NCBI GenBank assembly: GCA_963826785.1
Contig: CAWGYD010000006.1
Span: forward strand, 128,001 to 192,000
Length of the DNA stretch: 64,000 nucleotides
Direction: 5' to 3'
Origin: an uncultured delta proteobacterium
Lineage (GTDB): Bacteria > Desulfobacterota > Desulfobacteria > Desulfobacterales > Desulfosalsimonadaceae
A model generated the notes under the pieces. That model was not told the origin of the DNA, searched no databases, and saw only the letters and a program-made list of their open reading frames with translations. Positions 21,134 to 32,600 of this stretch are shown one piece after another; the stretch's first letter is position 1; every line of letters starts with the position of its first letter. Both the position numbers and the translations under genes were made by a program.

Positions 21134-21715
21134 TCACCAGCTGCCGTGAAGTTTTTTGAGCACCCAGGCGATGTTCTCACCCAGCAGGGTCATGGTCTTC
21201 ATGCCTTCCTCATCTTTGGCCACATCGCCTTCGTCCAGACCGAATCCCATGTTCCAGTAGTTCGATCCGGGGATGATCATCTGGCTGATCAGGAAAAAAT
21301 GGTTTATGGAATCGAAGGCATGGATGCACCCGCCCCGCCGGGCCGCTACCACCGCCGCCCCGATCTTTCGCCTGAAGATGTCACCGTTGGCCCTGGATAC
21401 CAGTCCGGCCCGGTCGATCAATGCCTTCATTTCCGTGGTGATATCGGCAAAATAGGTGGGCGAGCCCAGGATGATGCAATCCGCATCTTCCATCTTTTCG
21501 ATGCATTCGTTTAGAACATCGTCTTTTACCGCGCACCGCTGATCCTTGTTTTGGAAGCACTTGTAGCAGGCGATGCACCCGTGGATCTTTTTGCCGGCCA
21601 GTGAATACAATTCCGTCACCATTCCCCTGCCCTTGAGCACATCGAGCACCGTGTTGAGCATCAGGGCCGTATTGCCTTCTTTCCGGGCACTGCCGTTGAT
21701 TGCGATGACCTTCAT
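21134..21715 (-). CDS. Iron-sulfur flavoprotein / NADPH-dependent FMN reductase
   Basis: INGSARKEGNT, CIACYKC...C, GSPTYF. Confidence 0.92.
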   Translation of the reverse strand: MKVIAINGSARKEGNTALMLNTVLDVLKGRGMVTELYSLAGKKIHGCIACYKCFQNKDQRCAVKDDVLNECIEKMEDADCIILGSPTYFADITTEMKALIDRAGLVSRANGDIFRRKIGAAVVAARRGGCIHAFDSINHFFLISQMIIPGSNYWNMGFGLDEGDVAKDEEGMKTMTLLGENIAWVLKKLHGSW

Positions 21716-21803
21716 AAATAATTACCTCTTTTTGCCTGATTGGAGCAGCGCCGGAATAAAGAGAGATCGCCCCTTTTCAGGCGCTGATATGTGGGTATGA
21801 ATC

Positions 21804-22004
21804 CTACAGCAGGGCTGCCAGTTCTCCGTCATCTAACCCGAAAAATTTCTCGATGCGTGCGGCCTGGCCCTCGGTGGGGACCCGAACGCCCTTCTCCAGT
21901 TCGCTGTAGCGGGACTGGGGGATGCCGACGGCTTCGGCCAGATCCCGGGTGGTCAGATTTTTCTCCTCCCTGAGACCTTTTATCTTATCACCGAATTGAC
22001 TCAT
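21804..22004 (-). CDS. XRE-family HTH regulator
   Basis: IKGLREEKNLTTRDLAEAVGIPQSRYSELEKG; GGAGGT RBS. Confidence 0.88.
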   Translation of the reverse strand: MSQFGDKIKGLREEKNLTTRDLAEAVGIPQSRYSELEKGVRVPTEGQAARIEKFFGLDDGELAALL

Positions 22005-22176
22005 GCTCAAAACCTCCTGGAAACAGGTTAATCCTCTTGAAAAAAATTTCCTGCCCCGATGATAAATCCCGTAAAGGGCGCAACGGGAAATAAGTGCATC
22101 CAGCGGGGCCTGGATGTGTTTTGAAAATCATTTCTATTTACAATAACAGAGATTGGCAAGCCATTTTTAGGCGCAA

Positions 22177-23637
22177 TCATTCCTTTTGCCCATCCGGGTT
22201 TCGATTCACAACCCGGCCGTTGCAAATGACGGCATGGATGTCCTGTGTCCGGGAGATATCATTTCGAAAATCGCCGTTTAAGAGCACCAGGTCGGCGGGC
22301 CCGCCTTCTGCAATGCGGCCGAGGCCGGTTTCACCGGTCAGCAGCGCCAGGTGCGCCCCGGATACCGAAGTGGCGGCCGCTACGGCTTCTGCCGGCGTGA
22401 AACCGCATTTTTCCACCAGCAGCCGCATTTCCGTGTGCAGGGAACCGCCGGCCACGGTGCCCACATTGGGGCTGTCGCTTCCCGCGATGATGGTAATGCC
22501 GGCATTCTTCATCCGTCGGACCGCATCATATTTCATGTCCCGGTAAATGAGAACATCATGGACCCAGCTCTCCAGCTGGGGATCATCGGTTGTGAGCGCC
22601 CCTTCAGGCACATTGACGTAGGATTCAAGGATGTGCGGATCCACGATCTGCCGTTCCAGATCGGTAAATGTCAACTCATTGCTGAAAAAATCAGCTGAAT
22701 TTTCAAAGACCACCAGAGTGGGAATGACAACCGCATTTTTTGCTTTCATTTCTTTGATGGTGGCATCGGAAACGGAGGACCGGTAAGGCACATGGGCGAA
22801 AAAAGTCACGCCGGAATGCAGTCCGGTCAGCAGATCCGATTCCGATCCCACATGGGCGCCCACCACCAGGCCCGATTTCTCTGATTCTTCTACAATTTTT
22901 CTGATCAGCGCCTCATAGAGGCTCGGAATGCCCAGGGGGATCTGGTCCACCATGATCTTGGTCAGCGTCGCGCCATGGGCCCTGTTTTCCGAAATGGCGG
23001 GCGCAACATCGCTCACCTGGTTGATCAGGTAACAGACCTTGGAGATGTAAATTGAATCCATGGGCCAGGGAATCAGTTCCCGCAGCATCCTGTCGGGATG
23101 ACCGCCTTCACGGGTCAGACACTTTCCGGCGTAGAAGAATCGAGGATCGATCTTCTGCTCTGCCCCGATATCGGCTTTGAGTTTTTCCAGGTCATTAAGG
23201 GGTCCGGCCATATCATAGACGGTGGTGATCCCTGCGTAAAGATACGAAGAGAGATTTCTGCGGATCAAGCTGTCGTTGGGCAGCACCGGGTCCCAGGGTG
23301 CGGACCCCGGGGATGTGATGTGAATATGGGCATCGATAAGCCCGGGAATCACCATCTTCCCTTTTCCGTCGATCACCCGAACACCGTTTTCCGGGACAGC
23401 GAGATGGCCGATGGCCTTGATCCGCCCTTTTTCGATGAGAATATCGATACCTTCGAGTACCGCTGTGTTCGGATCGCCCGTGAACACATCGGCATCACAA
23501 ATGAGAATCGGCCCGGTTTCCGCCTCTTTTTCCACCAGGGGCGGAAGCTTTGGGGAATATACACACCCCGATATCATCAGCAGGATTGTCGAAAGGACAA
23601 GAAATAAAAAAATGGTGGTTTTCCTGGCGTGATTCAA
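22177..23637 (-). CDS. Lipoprotein metal-dependent amidohydrolase (paralog 1)
   Basis: TTG start after GGGGG RBS, lipobox ISGC, PGLIDAHIH, AGSDS, GRIAEGGPADLV. Confidence 0.88.
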   Translation of the reverse strand: MNHARKTTIFLFLVLSTILLMISGCVYSPKLPPLVEKEAETGPILICDADVFTGDPNTAVLEGIDILIEKGRIKAIGHLAVPENGVRVIDGKGKMVIPGLIDAHIHITSPGSAPWDPVLPNDSLIRRNLSSYLYAGITTVYDMAGPLNDLEKLKADIGAEQKIDPRFFYAGKCLTREGGHPDRMLRELIPWPMDSIYISKVCYLINQVSDVAPAISENRAHGATLTKIMVDQIPLGIPSLYEALIRKIVEESEKSGLVVGAHVGSESDLLTGLHSGVTFFAHVPYRSSVSDATIKEMKAKNAVVIPTLVVFENSADFFSNELTFTDLERQIVDPHILESYVNVPEGALTTDDPQLESWVHDVLIYRDMKYDAVRRMKNAGITIIAGSDSPNVGTVAGGSLHTEMRLLVEKCGFTPAEAVAAATSVSGAHLALLTGETGLGRIAEGGPADLVLLNGDFRNDISRTQDIHAVICNGRVVNRNPDGQKE

Positions 23638-23737
23638 TTTTTTCCCCCCTTTTCTTCCTCTGGCATAAGGTCCAAGCATAATTATCAATGGATGGCAAAA
23701 TGACACGGTGGCCATCATAGTTGAAAATCTGCTTTTT

Positions 23738-24304
23738 TCAAATAAAAAGGTCACGTTGTTCTTCCAAGATGGCCTCGGCCCTCATGCGGGCATTATCGAA
23801 AGGATTTGCATGCACGGCTTCAGCCTTTTTCTCAGTTGAATCCATGAAGGTGAAATACAGCGACTGGACCAGAAAGAACATCCAGATGCCCAGGGCCCAG
23901 GTCAGGGCCGAATGGGGGTTGAACCCGGCCACCAGGGCCCCGCCCCCGATGCTGATGAAAAGCTCGGCAGCCAGTGCCCGGGCATGCCCGTTTTCAAAGC
24001 AGATGCCGCTTCTGACCCAGCTCAACAGCCCCAGGGTCAGGAGCAGAAAAGCCGCGTTCGACCCGGGAGAAAACAGGAACAGGAACAGCAGGAAGGCCGG
24101 AAAGAGCACCGCCGCCCGGCGCCTGCCCCCCCAGCCGGCCAGCATGAGGCCATAGGCGCAGAAAGCCGCGAAGATAAACAGGCGAAATACCAGCGGCCAC
24201 CATCCGCTGTATGCAAACACGATTTTAAGCGGGATAAACACCAGGCCGAGCAGCAGGCCGAACAGGATGGTGGTCCGCACGGGTCTTGTGTGCGCATCCA
24301 TCAT
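23738..24304 (-). CDS. Multi-TM membrane protein, translationally coupled to pspA
   Basis: About 6 hydrophobic segments; ATGA overlap with the PspA gene. Confidence 0.75.
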   Translation of the reverse strand: MMDAHTRPVRTTILFGLLLGLVFIPLKIVFAYSGWWPLVFRLFIFAAFCAYGLMLAGWGGRRRAAVLFPAFLLFLFLFSPGSNAAFLLLTLGLLSWVRSGICFENGHARALAAELFISIGGGALVAGFNPHSALTWALGIWMFFLVQSLYFTFMDSTEKKAEAVHANPFDNARMRAEAILEEQRDLFI

Positions 24305-24858
24305 GAAACACCTCCTTTCAAGGCATCCTTTCGCCGGAGCAGTTCCAGTTCCACCTCTTCATCGGAAAACCGCCTGCCGGCCGCATGCGGCATGACCCGG
24401 GAGACCGTTTCTTCCCATTTTGCGTTTTCCCGGCTTCTCACCCAGGTCTCCGACCGGAGCTTGAGCTGATCGTATTCCTGTTTCCTATCGCTAAGGTCTG
24501 CTGACAGGGCCGTAATCTGCTTTTCCAGTTGTCCGGATTGGTCCGCCAGCACCTCCAGGTGCGCCGCCAGGGTCTTGATTTTTTTGATGAGCATGCGGGC
24601 AATGGCGTCCTTGTCCTTTTTAATGGCCGCGGTCACATCCTGTTCGAGCTTTTCGCGCTCCCGCAGGCACTTCTCCCGGCCGCCCTCCAGCTGTTCCAGG
24701 CTGTTGCGCAGCCGGGAGAGCCTGGCCTGATCGCCGGCAATGGACGCCTCCATCTCCCGCAGGCACTGCTTGAGCACCAGCCCCTTGTCCTCCAGCTGGT
24801 CCATCACCCCGTGAATGTCCGCCCGGCAAAGCCGAGCAAATCGTGTCATGATCCCCAT
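24301..24858 (-). CDS. pspA: PspA/IM30 family protein
   Basis: MGIMTRFARLCRADIHGVMDQLED...LKQCLREME, long coiled coil, DEEVELEL. Confidence 0.88.
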   Translation of the reverse strand: MGIMTRFARLCRADIHGVMDQLEDKGLVLKQCLREMEASIAGDQARLSRLRNSLEQLEGGREKCLREREKLEQDVTAAIKKDKDAIARMLIKKIKTLAAHLEVLADQSGQLEKQITALSADLSDRKQEYDQLKLRSETWVRSRENAKWEETVSRVMPHAAGRRFSDEEVELELLRRKDALKGGVS

Positions 24859-24920
24859 GGTTGAGCCTCCTTTTGTTTATGACAGTTGTTGACAAATGAT
24901 GTGGTTATTCGGGATGCCCG

Positions 24921-25191
24921 CACACCCCCCTTTAATTCCCCCCTCAAGGGGGGATTGGGCCGAAATTACGTGATCATTCCTCCCTCCAAACGGAGATTTT
25001 GGCCGAGAGTTCTTTGCTCAGAAGAAGAATCTTGACAAAAAAATTCCACCCCAAGGCTTGCGACTCCCCAAATTTCACCCCGAGGATTGCGACTCCCCAA
25101 ATTTCGCCCCAAGGATTGCGACTCCCCAAATTCCCCTCTTGAGGGACACACCCCCCTTTAATTCCCCCCTTGAGGGGGGCAGGGGGGTGTT
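24921..25191. repeat. C6/G6 palindromic REP/MITE-like element with three internal 29-bp tandem repeats
   Basis: Left arm ACACCCCCCTTTAATTCCCCCCTCAAGGGGGGA; inverted right arm TCCCCCCTTGAGGGGGGCAGGGGGGTGT; 3x AAATTTCACCCCRAGGATTGCGACTCCCC-like unit at 25041-25127. Confidence 0.8.
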
Positions 25192-25205
25192 GCGGCCATG
25201 CATCA

Positions 25206-26630
25206 TTATTTCATCCGCCGTCCGGCATACCCCTCGTACTGGACGGCCTTGGCATTTTCTTTCTGTTTCTGGCGCACTTCGGCCTCATTGCCGGTGAAGG
25301 TTTCCGTCACCGTGCTGCGCAGGACATCCAGATCATCCTTGAGATTTTTGGCCACCGCTTCGGACTGAACCTGGGCGTTGACCGACTGCTGTCTGGAATG
25401 GTAACTGTCGATCCGCTCCATGGCCGCCTCAGGTCTTCCCGCCTTGATCTCCCCGGCCACTTCCTCCCGCAGCCGGTTGAAATCCTCCGTGATCACCTTA
25501 TCGGCCCAGGTCTCCTTTTTAACGGAAGCCAGGGCCGCATCCGGGTCCTCCACGCAAGCGATGACAAACGGTTTTGACAAGGCAACCCCGCATAGTTCTT
25601 TCCCATAGCGGTACTGCGCGTCGATCCCGGAAATCTTGAATTCAGCTTCCCGGCCGGTGGGGACTTCAAAGGTCAGATAAAGCTTCCGGGTTTCTCCGGA
25701 CCGGAGATCGCCCGGGGTGATCACCGCCCGGCCGGATTCATGCGCCACCGGGTATCCGCCCGCTTCCACCAGGCGAATGCCGCCGCTTTCCGGGACCCTG
25801 ACCTTCACGCCGGATACGGCAATGGCCCGGGTGCGGTAAAATTCATCCTTGAACACCGAGGCAAACGCGCCCGGATTCTCCAGAAAATAGTAGGTGCCCG
25901 CCCCCCGGTCGGCGATCAGCGTCATCAGCTGTTCGTTGAAGTCGTATCCCACCCCCACGGTGGTGACGGCCATATGATGCTCCGGCGCATTGGCGGCCAT
26001 GCTCCCCAGTGCCTCGGGGGCGGTGATCCCCTGGTTGGCCAGCCCGTCCGAGATGAGGATGATCCGGCCGAGATTGCCGGCCTTGTCCGCCATGGTCAAA
26101 AGCCTGATGCCCTCTTCCAGTCCCCGGCCCAGATTGGTCCCGCCGGACGCCCGGATACCGGCAACGGATTCCCCGATGGACCGCCGGGTTTCAGGCGTAA
26201 CTGCAGTCAATCCGGACACCACCTGCGCCTGGTCGGAGTAGGCCACCAGGGCAAACCGGTCTGCGGGGGACAGATCGGCCAGCAGATTGAACACGGCCTG
26301 TTTGGCGTCATCTAGCTTTTGGCCGGACATGGAGCCGCTCCGGTCCAGCACGATAACCATGTCCGCATGCCGTTCGGAGGTCTCTTCGGTTGAGACATCA
26401 TCCGCCTGCAGGTTCAGAACCAGCGACACCCGGCCGTCGCCGCCGGCATAGATCCGGTCCTGGGTGAGATTGCCGGAGAGGGTGATAATGCCGTTTTTTG
26501 CGCTGTTGACCGGCCCTGGTCCGGGTGCGGGAATCATGGGTGCGGGTTTGTCCGAATACGCCATGGCCGCGCAGGTGGCTGCGATGAGCCCGGCCACCAG
26601 GATCAATTGTCGGATGCCTTTTTTCTTCAT
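25206..26630 (-). CDS. Exported von Willebrand factor A domain protein
   Basis: Signal peptide; intact MIDAS DRSGS...GGT...SDG; GGAGG RBS. Confidence 0.9.
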   Translation of the reverse strand: MKKKGIRQLILVAGLIAATCAAMAYSDKPAPMIPAPGPGPVNSAKNGIITLSGNLTQDRIYAGGDGRVSLVLNLQADDVSTEETSERHADMVIVLDRSGSMSGQKLDDAKQAVFNLLADLSPADRFALVAYSDQAQVVSGLTAVTPETRRSIGESVAGIRASGGTNLGRGLEEGIRLLTMADKAGNLGRIILISDGLANQGITAPEALGSMAANAPEHHMAVTTVGVGYDFNEQLMTLIADRGAGTYYFLENPGAFASVFKDEFYRTRAIAVSGVKVRVPESGGIRLVEAGGYPVAHESGRAVITPGDLRSGETRKLYLTFEVPTGREAEFKISGIDAQYRYGKELCGVALSKPFVIACVEDPDAALASVKKETWADKVITEDFNRLREEVAGEIKAGRPEAAMERIDSYHSRQQSVNAQVQSEAVAKNLKDDLDVLRSTVTETFTGNEAEVRQKQKENAKAVQYEGYAGRRMK

Positions 26631-26808
26631 TGTCTTTCCTCCTTCTTTTGGGTTTCGGGTGATATTGCCGCACATTTGACTTCATTCTAAGCCAATGAAA
26701 TCAAATGACAATTCAAAGAAATGCAAAAGATGTAACCGATTTTTTTACATAAGTTTTGCTTTTATCCGGATCTAAAATCTCATAGGATGGGGTGAAAAAT
26801 GAGTCTGA

Positions 26809-26839
26809 ACACCCCCCTAACCCCCCTCGAGGGGGGAAT
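26809..26839. repeat. Solo arm of the C6/G6 palindromic repeat family
   Basis: ACACCCCCCTAACCCCCCTCGAGGGGGGAAT just upstream of the response regulator start. Confidence 0.75.
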
Positions 26840-26856
26840 AGAAGAAAGGACAAGCG

Positions 26857-27555
26857 ATGACCCGGAAAAAAGCCCGCATCCTGGTGGTGGAGGACGACCC
26901 GGCCATTCTGCACGGGCTGCTGGACGTGCTGGTGTTCAACGGCTACGAACCGGATGGGGTGGAAGACGGTGAACAAGGGCTGCAGAAGGGGCTTGCCGGA
27001 AGGTACGACCTGGTCGTGCTGGATGTGATGCTCCCGTCCCGGGACGGGTTTTCCATCTGCCGGGAGATCCGGCGGCAAAAACCCGACCAGCCCGTCATCA
27101 TGCTCACCGCCCGGGGGGCGGAGGCGGACATCGTTTCCGGATTCAAGGCCGGGGCTGACGACTACATCAGCAAACCCTTCTCCCTCCGGGAACTGATGGT
27201 CCGCATCGAGGCGGTGCTGCGCCGGGCCGGAAAGCCCCTGGGGGATGAACAGTACACGATCTGCGGCATCTTCTTCGACGGAAACACCCTGATCGCCGCC
27301 AGAGACGGCGCATCCATCGAACTGACCCGCCGGGAGATGGACATCATCGTCTACCTGCACAACAACAGCAGCCGCATCATCTCCAAGAAAGAGCTCCTGT
27401 CTAAAGTCTGGCAATACCGGGACGCGGACATCGAAACCCGCACCGTGGACATCCACATCCAGAAGCTGCGCAAAAAAATATCCGGACTCGTCGGCGAGGC
27501 CCCGTTTTTAAACACCATCCGGGGCGAAGGCTACCGCCTGGAAAACGTATCATGA
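26857..27555 (+). CDS. OmpR/PhoB-family response regulator
   Basis: VVEDD, LDVMLP, GADDYISKPF, RTVDIHIQKLRKK, TIRGEGY. Confidence 0.96.
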   Translation: MTRKKARILVVEDDPAILHGLLDVLVFNGYEPDGVEDGEQGLQKGLAGRYDLVVLDVMLPSRDGFSICREIRRQKPDQPVIMLTARGAEADIVSGFKAGADDYISKPFSLRELMVRIEAVLRRAGKPLGDEQYTICGIFFDGNTLIAARDGASIELTRREMDIIVYLHNNSSRIISKKELLSKVWQYRDADIETRTVDIHIQKLRKKISGLVGEAPFLNTIRGEGYRLENVS

Positions 27556-29511
27556 AACGCTTCCGATGGCTTATTCTGACATTCTGTGTGTTGCTGTCCA
27601 TCCCCTTGGGGTATTTCATCTTCCGGACCCACCAGGCCCTGGCCCAGGAGGAGCACGCCGAGCTGCGCTATTTCGCCGACACCCTGTTTCTGGAACTGGA
27701 AAATGAATTGGGCGGATTCATCGCCCGGGAGGAGGCACGGGAGATCGACGCCTACACCCGGGCCTCGGACCTGTCCAGGCTCCCGCGGGAAAGCTATATC
27801 CTCGGGTATTTTCAGAACAACCCGGACGGCAGCTTCCAGACGCCGCTGGCGGTCGATGGCGGCGCCATGACGCCGGCGGATAAAGGGTCCATGGATAAAC
27901 GCGTGGCGGATCTTGAGGGCATCAACCAGATCTTCAATACCCGGCGCACGGATGTATCGGCCCGCACCGATGTGCGGCCTCCGGAAAAGATTGCCGCCCC
28001 AAAGGAGGAATCCCTCCATTTGCCGAAAAATACCTGGACCTGTCCCGGTCCAAGAAGCAGAAATCCGTGCTGGGCCAGGAATCCAGGCGGGTGGAGGAGA
28101 TCACCCCCGGCAGGCCTTGAACCTGGCCAGCAGGGACCGGCAGGCTTTTGAAGAGGACCGCCAGCAAAGCCCGGCCCCGGCCGCCCGGCAGGCCGGGGAG
28201 ACTTTTCGGGAAGAAGAAGCGGAACGCGCTGAGGATAAAACCATGAGCTGGGACGAAGCCCTTTCCGGGTCCCTCTCTGGCGCACCGGCGGGCAGCGCCG
28301 CGCTATCGCCCGGCAGCATGGCGCAAACGCATGGTTTTGCGGATGCCGCCACCTTCCGTGCGGAGATCGACCCCCTCCAGTCGGTGTTTGTCTCCGGCGA
28401 CCAGGTGGTGCTGTTTCGCCGCATCGTCATCGACAATCAAATTTACCGCCAGGGGGTGGTGATCCGGTTAAACGCCTTTGCTTCCCATCTGGCCGAGACC
28501 CATTTCAACGGCCAGCCCATGGCCCGGTTCACCCGGCTTATGCTCTCGGTCCGGGACCAGGGAAGCGACCGGCCGCTGATTCAGGCCGGCGCCGCCGCAA
28601 ATCATCCGCAGTTCAGCCTGGCCCGCACCTTTCCCCGGCCGTTTGCCTTCCTCACCGCGCAGATCGACTGCGACCGCATCCCCCGCTCCAGCGGACGGCA
28701 GACCTTGAACATCATGCTCATGGGCATGGGGCTGGTCATGCTGGTGGGGCTCTTTGCCATCTACCGGAGCGCCGGCGCCATCGCGGATCTCTCCGAGCGG
28801 CGGTCCCGGTTCGTCTCCTCGGTCACCCACGAACTCAAAACCCCGCTCACCAACATCCGCATGTACATCGAGATGCTGGAGCAGAAGATCGCCCCCAACC
28901 CGGAGCGGGAGCAGGAGTATTTCAGGATCCTGGGGGCGGAGAGCACCCGGCTTTCCCGCCTGATCGGCAATGTGCTGGAATTTTCCCGTCTGGAAAAGAA
29001 GAACCGGCAGCTGAACCTGATTGAGGGGACTTTCGACGAGGTGATCAGCGAGGTGGAATCGATCATGGGGGAGAAGCTGCGGCAGGAAGGGTTTTCATTT
29101 CATGCGGAAAACCGCACCACCCAGCCCTTCTGCTATGACCGGGAGGCCATGGTCCAGGTGCTGGTCAACCTGGTGGAAAACAGCATCAAATTCGGAAAAA
29201 CCCAGCCGGTCAAAAAGATCACCCTGAAAGTTCTGCCGGCCGGAAAACGGGTTCAGATCCGGCTGTCCGACACCGGCCCGGGAATTCCCCGCCGGGCCCT
29301 GAAAAAAATATTTGACGATTTTGTCCGGGTGGATGCCGGGGCCGCCAAAACCGCCGCCGGCACCGGCATCGGCCTGGCCCTGGTGCGCCGGTTCATCCGG
29401 GCCATGGGCGGAACAGTCTGGGCGGAAAACAACCCCGGCCCCGGCTGCACCATCGTTATCACCCTGCCGGCCCATTTTGTCAAATATACGGGGTTTTTCG
29501 CCCGCGTTTAA
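27552..29511 (+). CDS. Membrane sensor histidine kinase (frameshifted in this sequence at ~28015 and ~28108)
   Basis: N-terminal TM; bridging third-frame segment FAEKYLDLSRSKKQKSVLGQESRRVEEIT; H-box VTHELKTPL, NLVENSIKF, DTGPG, GTGIGL. Confidence 0.88.
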
Positions 29512-29656
29512 TCGTGTTTTAGGACTTCGGTGCATCGTGGGGCCGGGGCATCGGGTTTCCCCTTTTCGGCAATGATCGGTTTCTGTTTCCATTTTACCGG
29601 GATATTATGTAAGATCCTTCAGGTGTATCTGCGCATGATGAATAACGCGGTGATTT

Positions 29657-32600
29657 ATGAAATCCATTCGAGACTTCCGGCTGGAAAAAGAGATCAACAG
29701 ACGCTTTTGCTCCACTTTTTACCTGGCGCACCAGAATGTCTCAGAAAAAGCCGTTTATATCGAAGTTGTCGATGTTTCCGGTATATCTGCGCTGGAGAAA
29801 GCGCGAATCAAACAGGCCTATGAGCGGATCAAAGCGCTTGATCATCCCCATGTCGTTTCCATCTACGACATATTTGAGCATCAGACTTTCCTCGCCATTG
29901 TAACCGAACCTTTCGCAGGCTCCCCCCTCTATGCCGGCCTTGCGCCGGGCGAAATCGACATGGATGAGTTTCTCCGGGTTGCCGTGGTCCTGAGCCGGAC
30001 CCTGGGCGACATCCATGGCCGGGGAATCACCCATCAGTCCATTACCCCGAATGCCGTTTTATACGATGAATCCAAGGATTTGATCAAAATCACCGGATTC
30101 GGTGTTTCAGGCCTGATCAATCGGATCCATGAGGATATATATGATCAGGCCGTCATCAAAACCGTCCTTCCGTACATGGCGCCGGAACAGACCGGCCGGA
30201 TGAACCGCTCGGTGGACTACCGGGCGGATCTTTATTCCCTGGGAATCCTCTGTTATGAGCTGCTCACCGGGGTCGTCCCCTTCGCATCCGAGGACCCGGT
30301 TGAAATCATTCACGCCCAGATCGCCATCATGCCCCCGCCGCCGGTGGAAAAAAACCCGGCTGTTGCCGAAACCCTCTCGGATATTGTCATGAAGCTGATA
30401 TCAAAGACGGTTGAGGACCGGTATCAGAGCAGCTACGGCGTGATGCACGATTTTATGGAATGCGCGCGGCAAATCACCGAGAACGGCAGCATCGGGCGCT
30501 TCGTCATTGGATCACGGGATATCGCACCGGGTCTGCATCTGCCGGAAAAGCTGTTTGGCCGGGAAGTGGAAATGCGGATGCTCATCGATGCATTCGACCG
30601 TGCGGCAAGGGGCGGCAATGAAGTATTTCTGGTGGCGGGCCCGCCCGGCATCGGAAAATCGACGTTGATCAATGAAATACAGAAATCAGTCGTGGCCCGG
30701 CGGGCGAATTTTATCTCCGGGAAAGCGGAACGCGATAAGCAGGATATCCCCTATTATCCCATTATCCAGGCGCTCGAAAACCTGGCCCAGAAAATCCTCT
30801 GCGAACCCGATGCGCACATCCAAGCCTGGAAAACGGCCATTCTCCAGGCCGTCGGGGCCGGCAGCCGGATGATTACTGACCTGGTTCCCGCGTTTTCCCA
30901 CATCATCGGCCCGCAGCCGAACCTTGCGCCCACCGGGACGGACCTTACCCATCACCGTGTCAGCTATATCTTTAAGGAATTTGTCAACGTCTGCGCCACC
31001 CGGCAGCATCCCCTGATCATTTTTGTCGATGATCTGCAATGGGCGGATGCCGCAAGCCTCGGCTTCATCCGGATGCTTTCTGTTGAGCCGGAAATTCAAT
31101 GTCTTCTCATCATCGGCGCATATCGGGACAATGGCCTCGATCTTTTGCATCCGCTGATCCACTGGATGAACGAAATGCATCAACAGGGGGCGGTGGTCAA
31201 TACCGTTGTGCTTCCGCCGCTGCCGGTGCCAAATGTCCACCAGATGGTGACCGGCCTGTTGAAGCGAGAAGACCCGTCATCTTTCGGGTTTGCCGAAATG
31301 ATTTGCCGGAAAACCGGCGGCAATCCCTTTTTCATCCGGCAGTTTATCAAGATGCTCTATGAAAAGAACGTTTTGATGCTGAATCCGGAATCCGGATGGA
31401 TGTGGGATCCCGGAAAGGTCGCCGATATCCGGGTCACCGACAACGTGGTCGATTTCATCGCGGCGAAAGTCGCTTCCCTGCCGGATGCCATCCGGGAAAC
31501 ATTGAAAATCTGCGCCTGTTGCGGCAATCGCTTCAATCTGGAAGCGGTCACCGCCATCGCAAGCCGCACACTGGAAGCGGCGGTTGCGGAGATCACCATT
31601 GCGGCCGACAGGGGAATGGTCTTTTTTGAGGCAGGCACCGGTGTGTTTACCCATGACCGGATCAGGGAAGGGATTTACCAGTTGATTTCCCCGGACGAAA
31701 AGATCCGGATGCATCATCGCATCGGCCGGTATATGCTTGAAAATACCCCCCCGGCCCAACTGGATGAAGCCATTGAGGACATCGTCAATCACTTCAACAT
31801 GGCACGTGATTCAATCACGTCCGTTTCCGAACAATGCCGTGCAGCGGACCTGAACCGACGGGCCGGTGAAAAGGCCATTGCCTCGGGGGCGTTTGAATCC
31901 GCCTATCAGTATTTTAAAGCCGGCCTCGGGTTTATTGAAAAAGACCACCAATCGAACGGAGATGCCGGATCCGGCTGGCAGACCGACTACGACCTGATGC
32001 TGGCCCTGTATAGCGGTTGCGCCGAGGCCGCTTATCTCAATACCGATTACGATGAAATGGACCGGTATACGGATGAAATTATCCGGCGTGCCCGGACCAT
32101 CAATGATACGATCCCCGCCCGCATCGTCTTGCTGCACAGCCTGATGGCCCGAAACAAGCTCCACAGCGTCATCCGATCAGGATTGTCGGTGTTGAATTCA
32201 TTGGGGGTTATCTTTCCCGGCCGGCCCACCAAACTGCATGTGCTGTTGGCGTTTTTGCGGATAAAGCGATATCTCAGGGGGAAATCGCCGGAAGATTTTC
32301 TGGATCTGCCGATGAATGAAAATCCGGCCATCCAGGCCCAGGTGGACCTGATGGCGACCCTCACCTCCACGGCCTTCTGGACGACTCCGAATCTGCTGCC
32401 CCTCATTGTTTTCCGGCTGATGCGGACCTTTTCAAGCCACGGCAACACCGATTTTTCGCCCTATGTGTATGCCGGGTACGGGTTCATGCTGTGTGCCCTC
32501 GGCGACATCGATGAGGGCTACAGTTACGGCATGATGGCGCTTGAACTGCTGAAGCGGATGGACAACCCGAAATACAAGGCGCGCACCCTGATGGTGTTCA

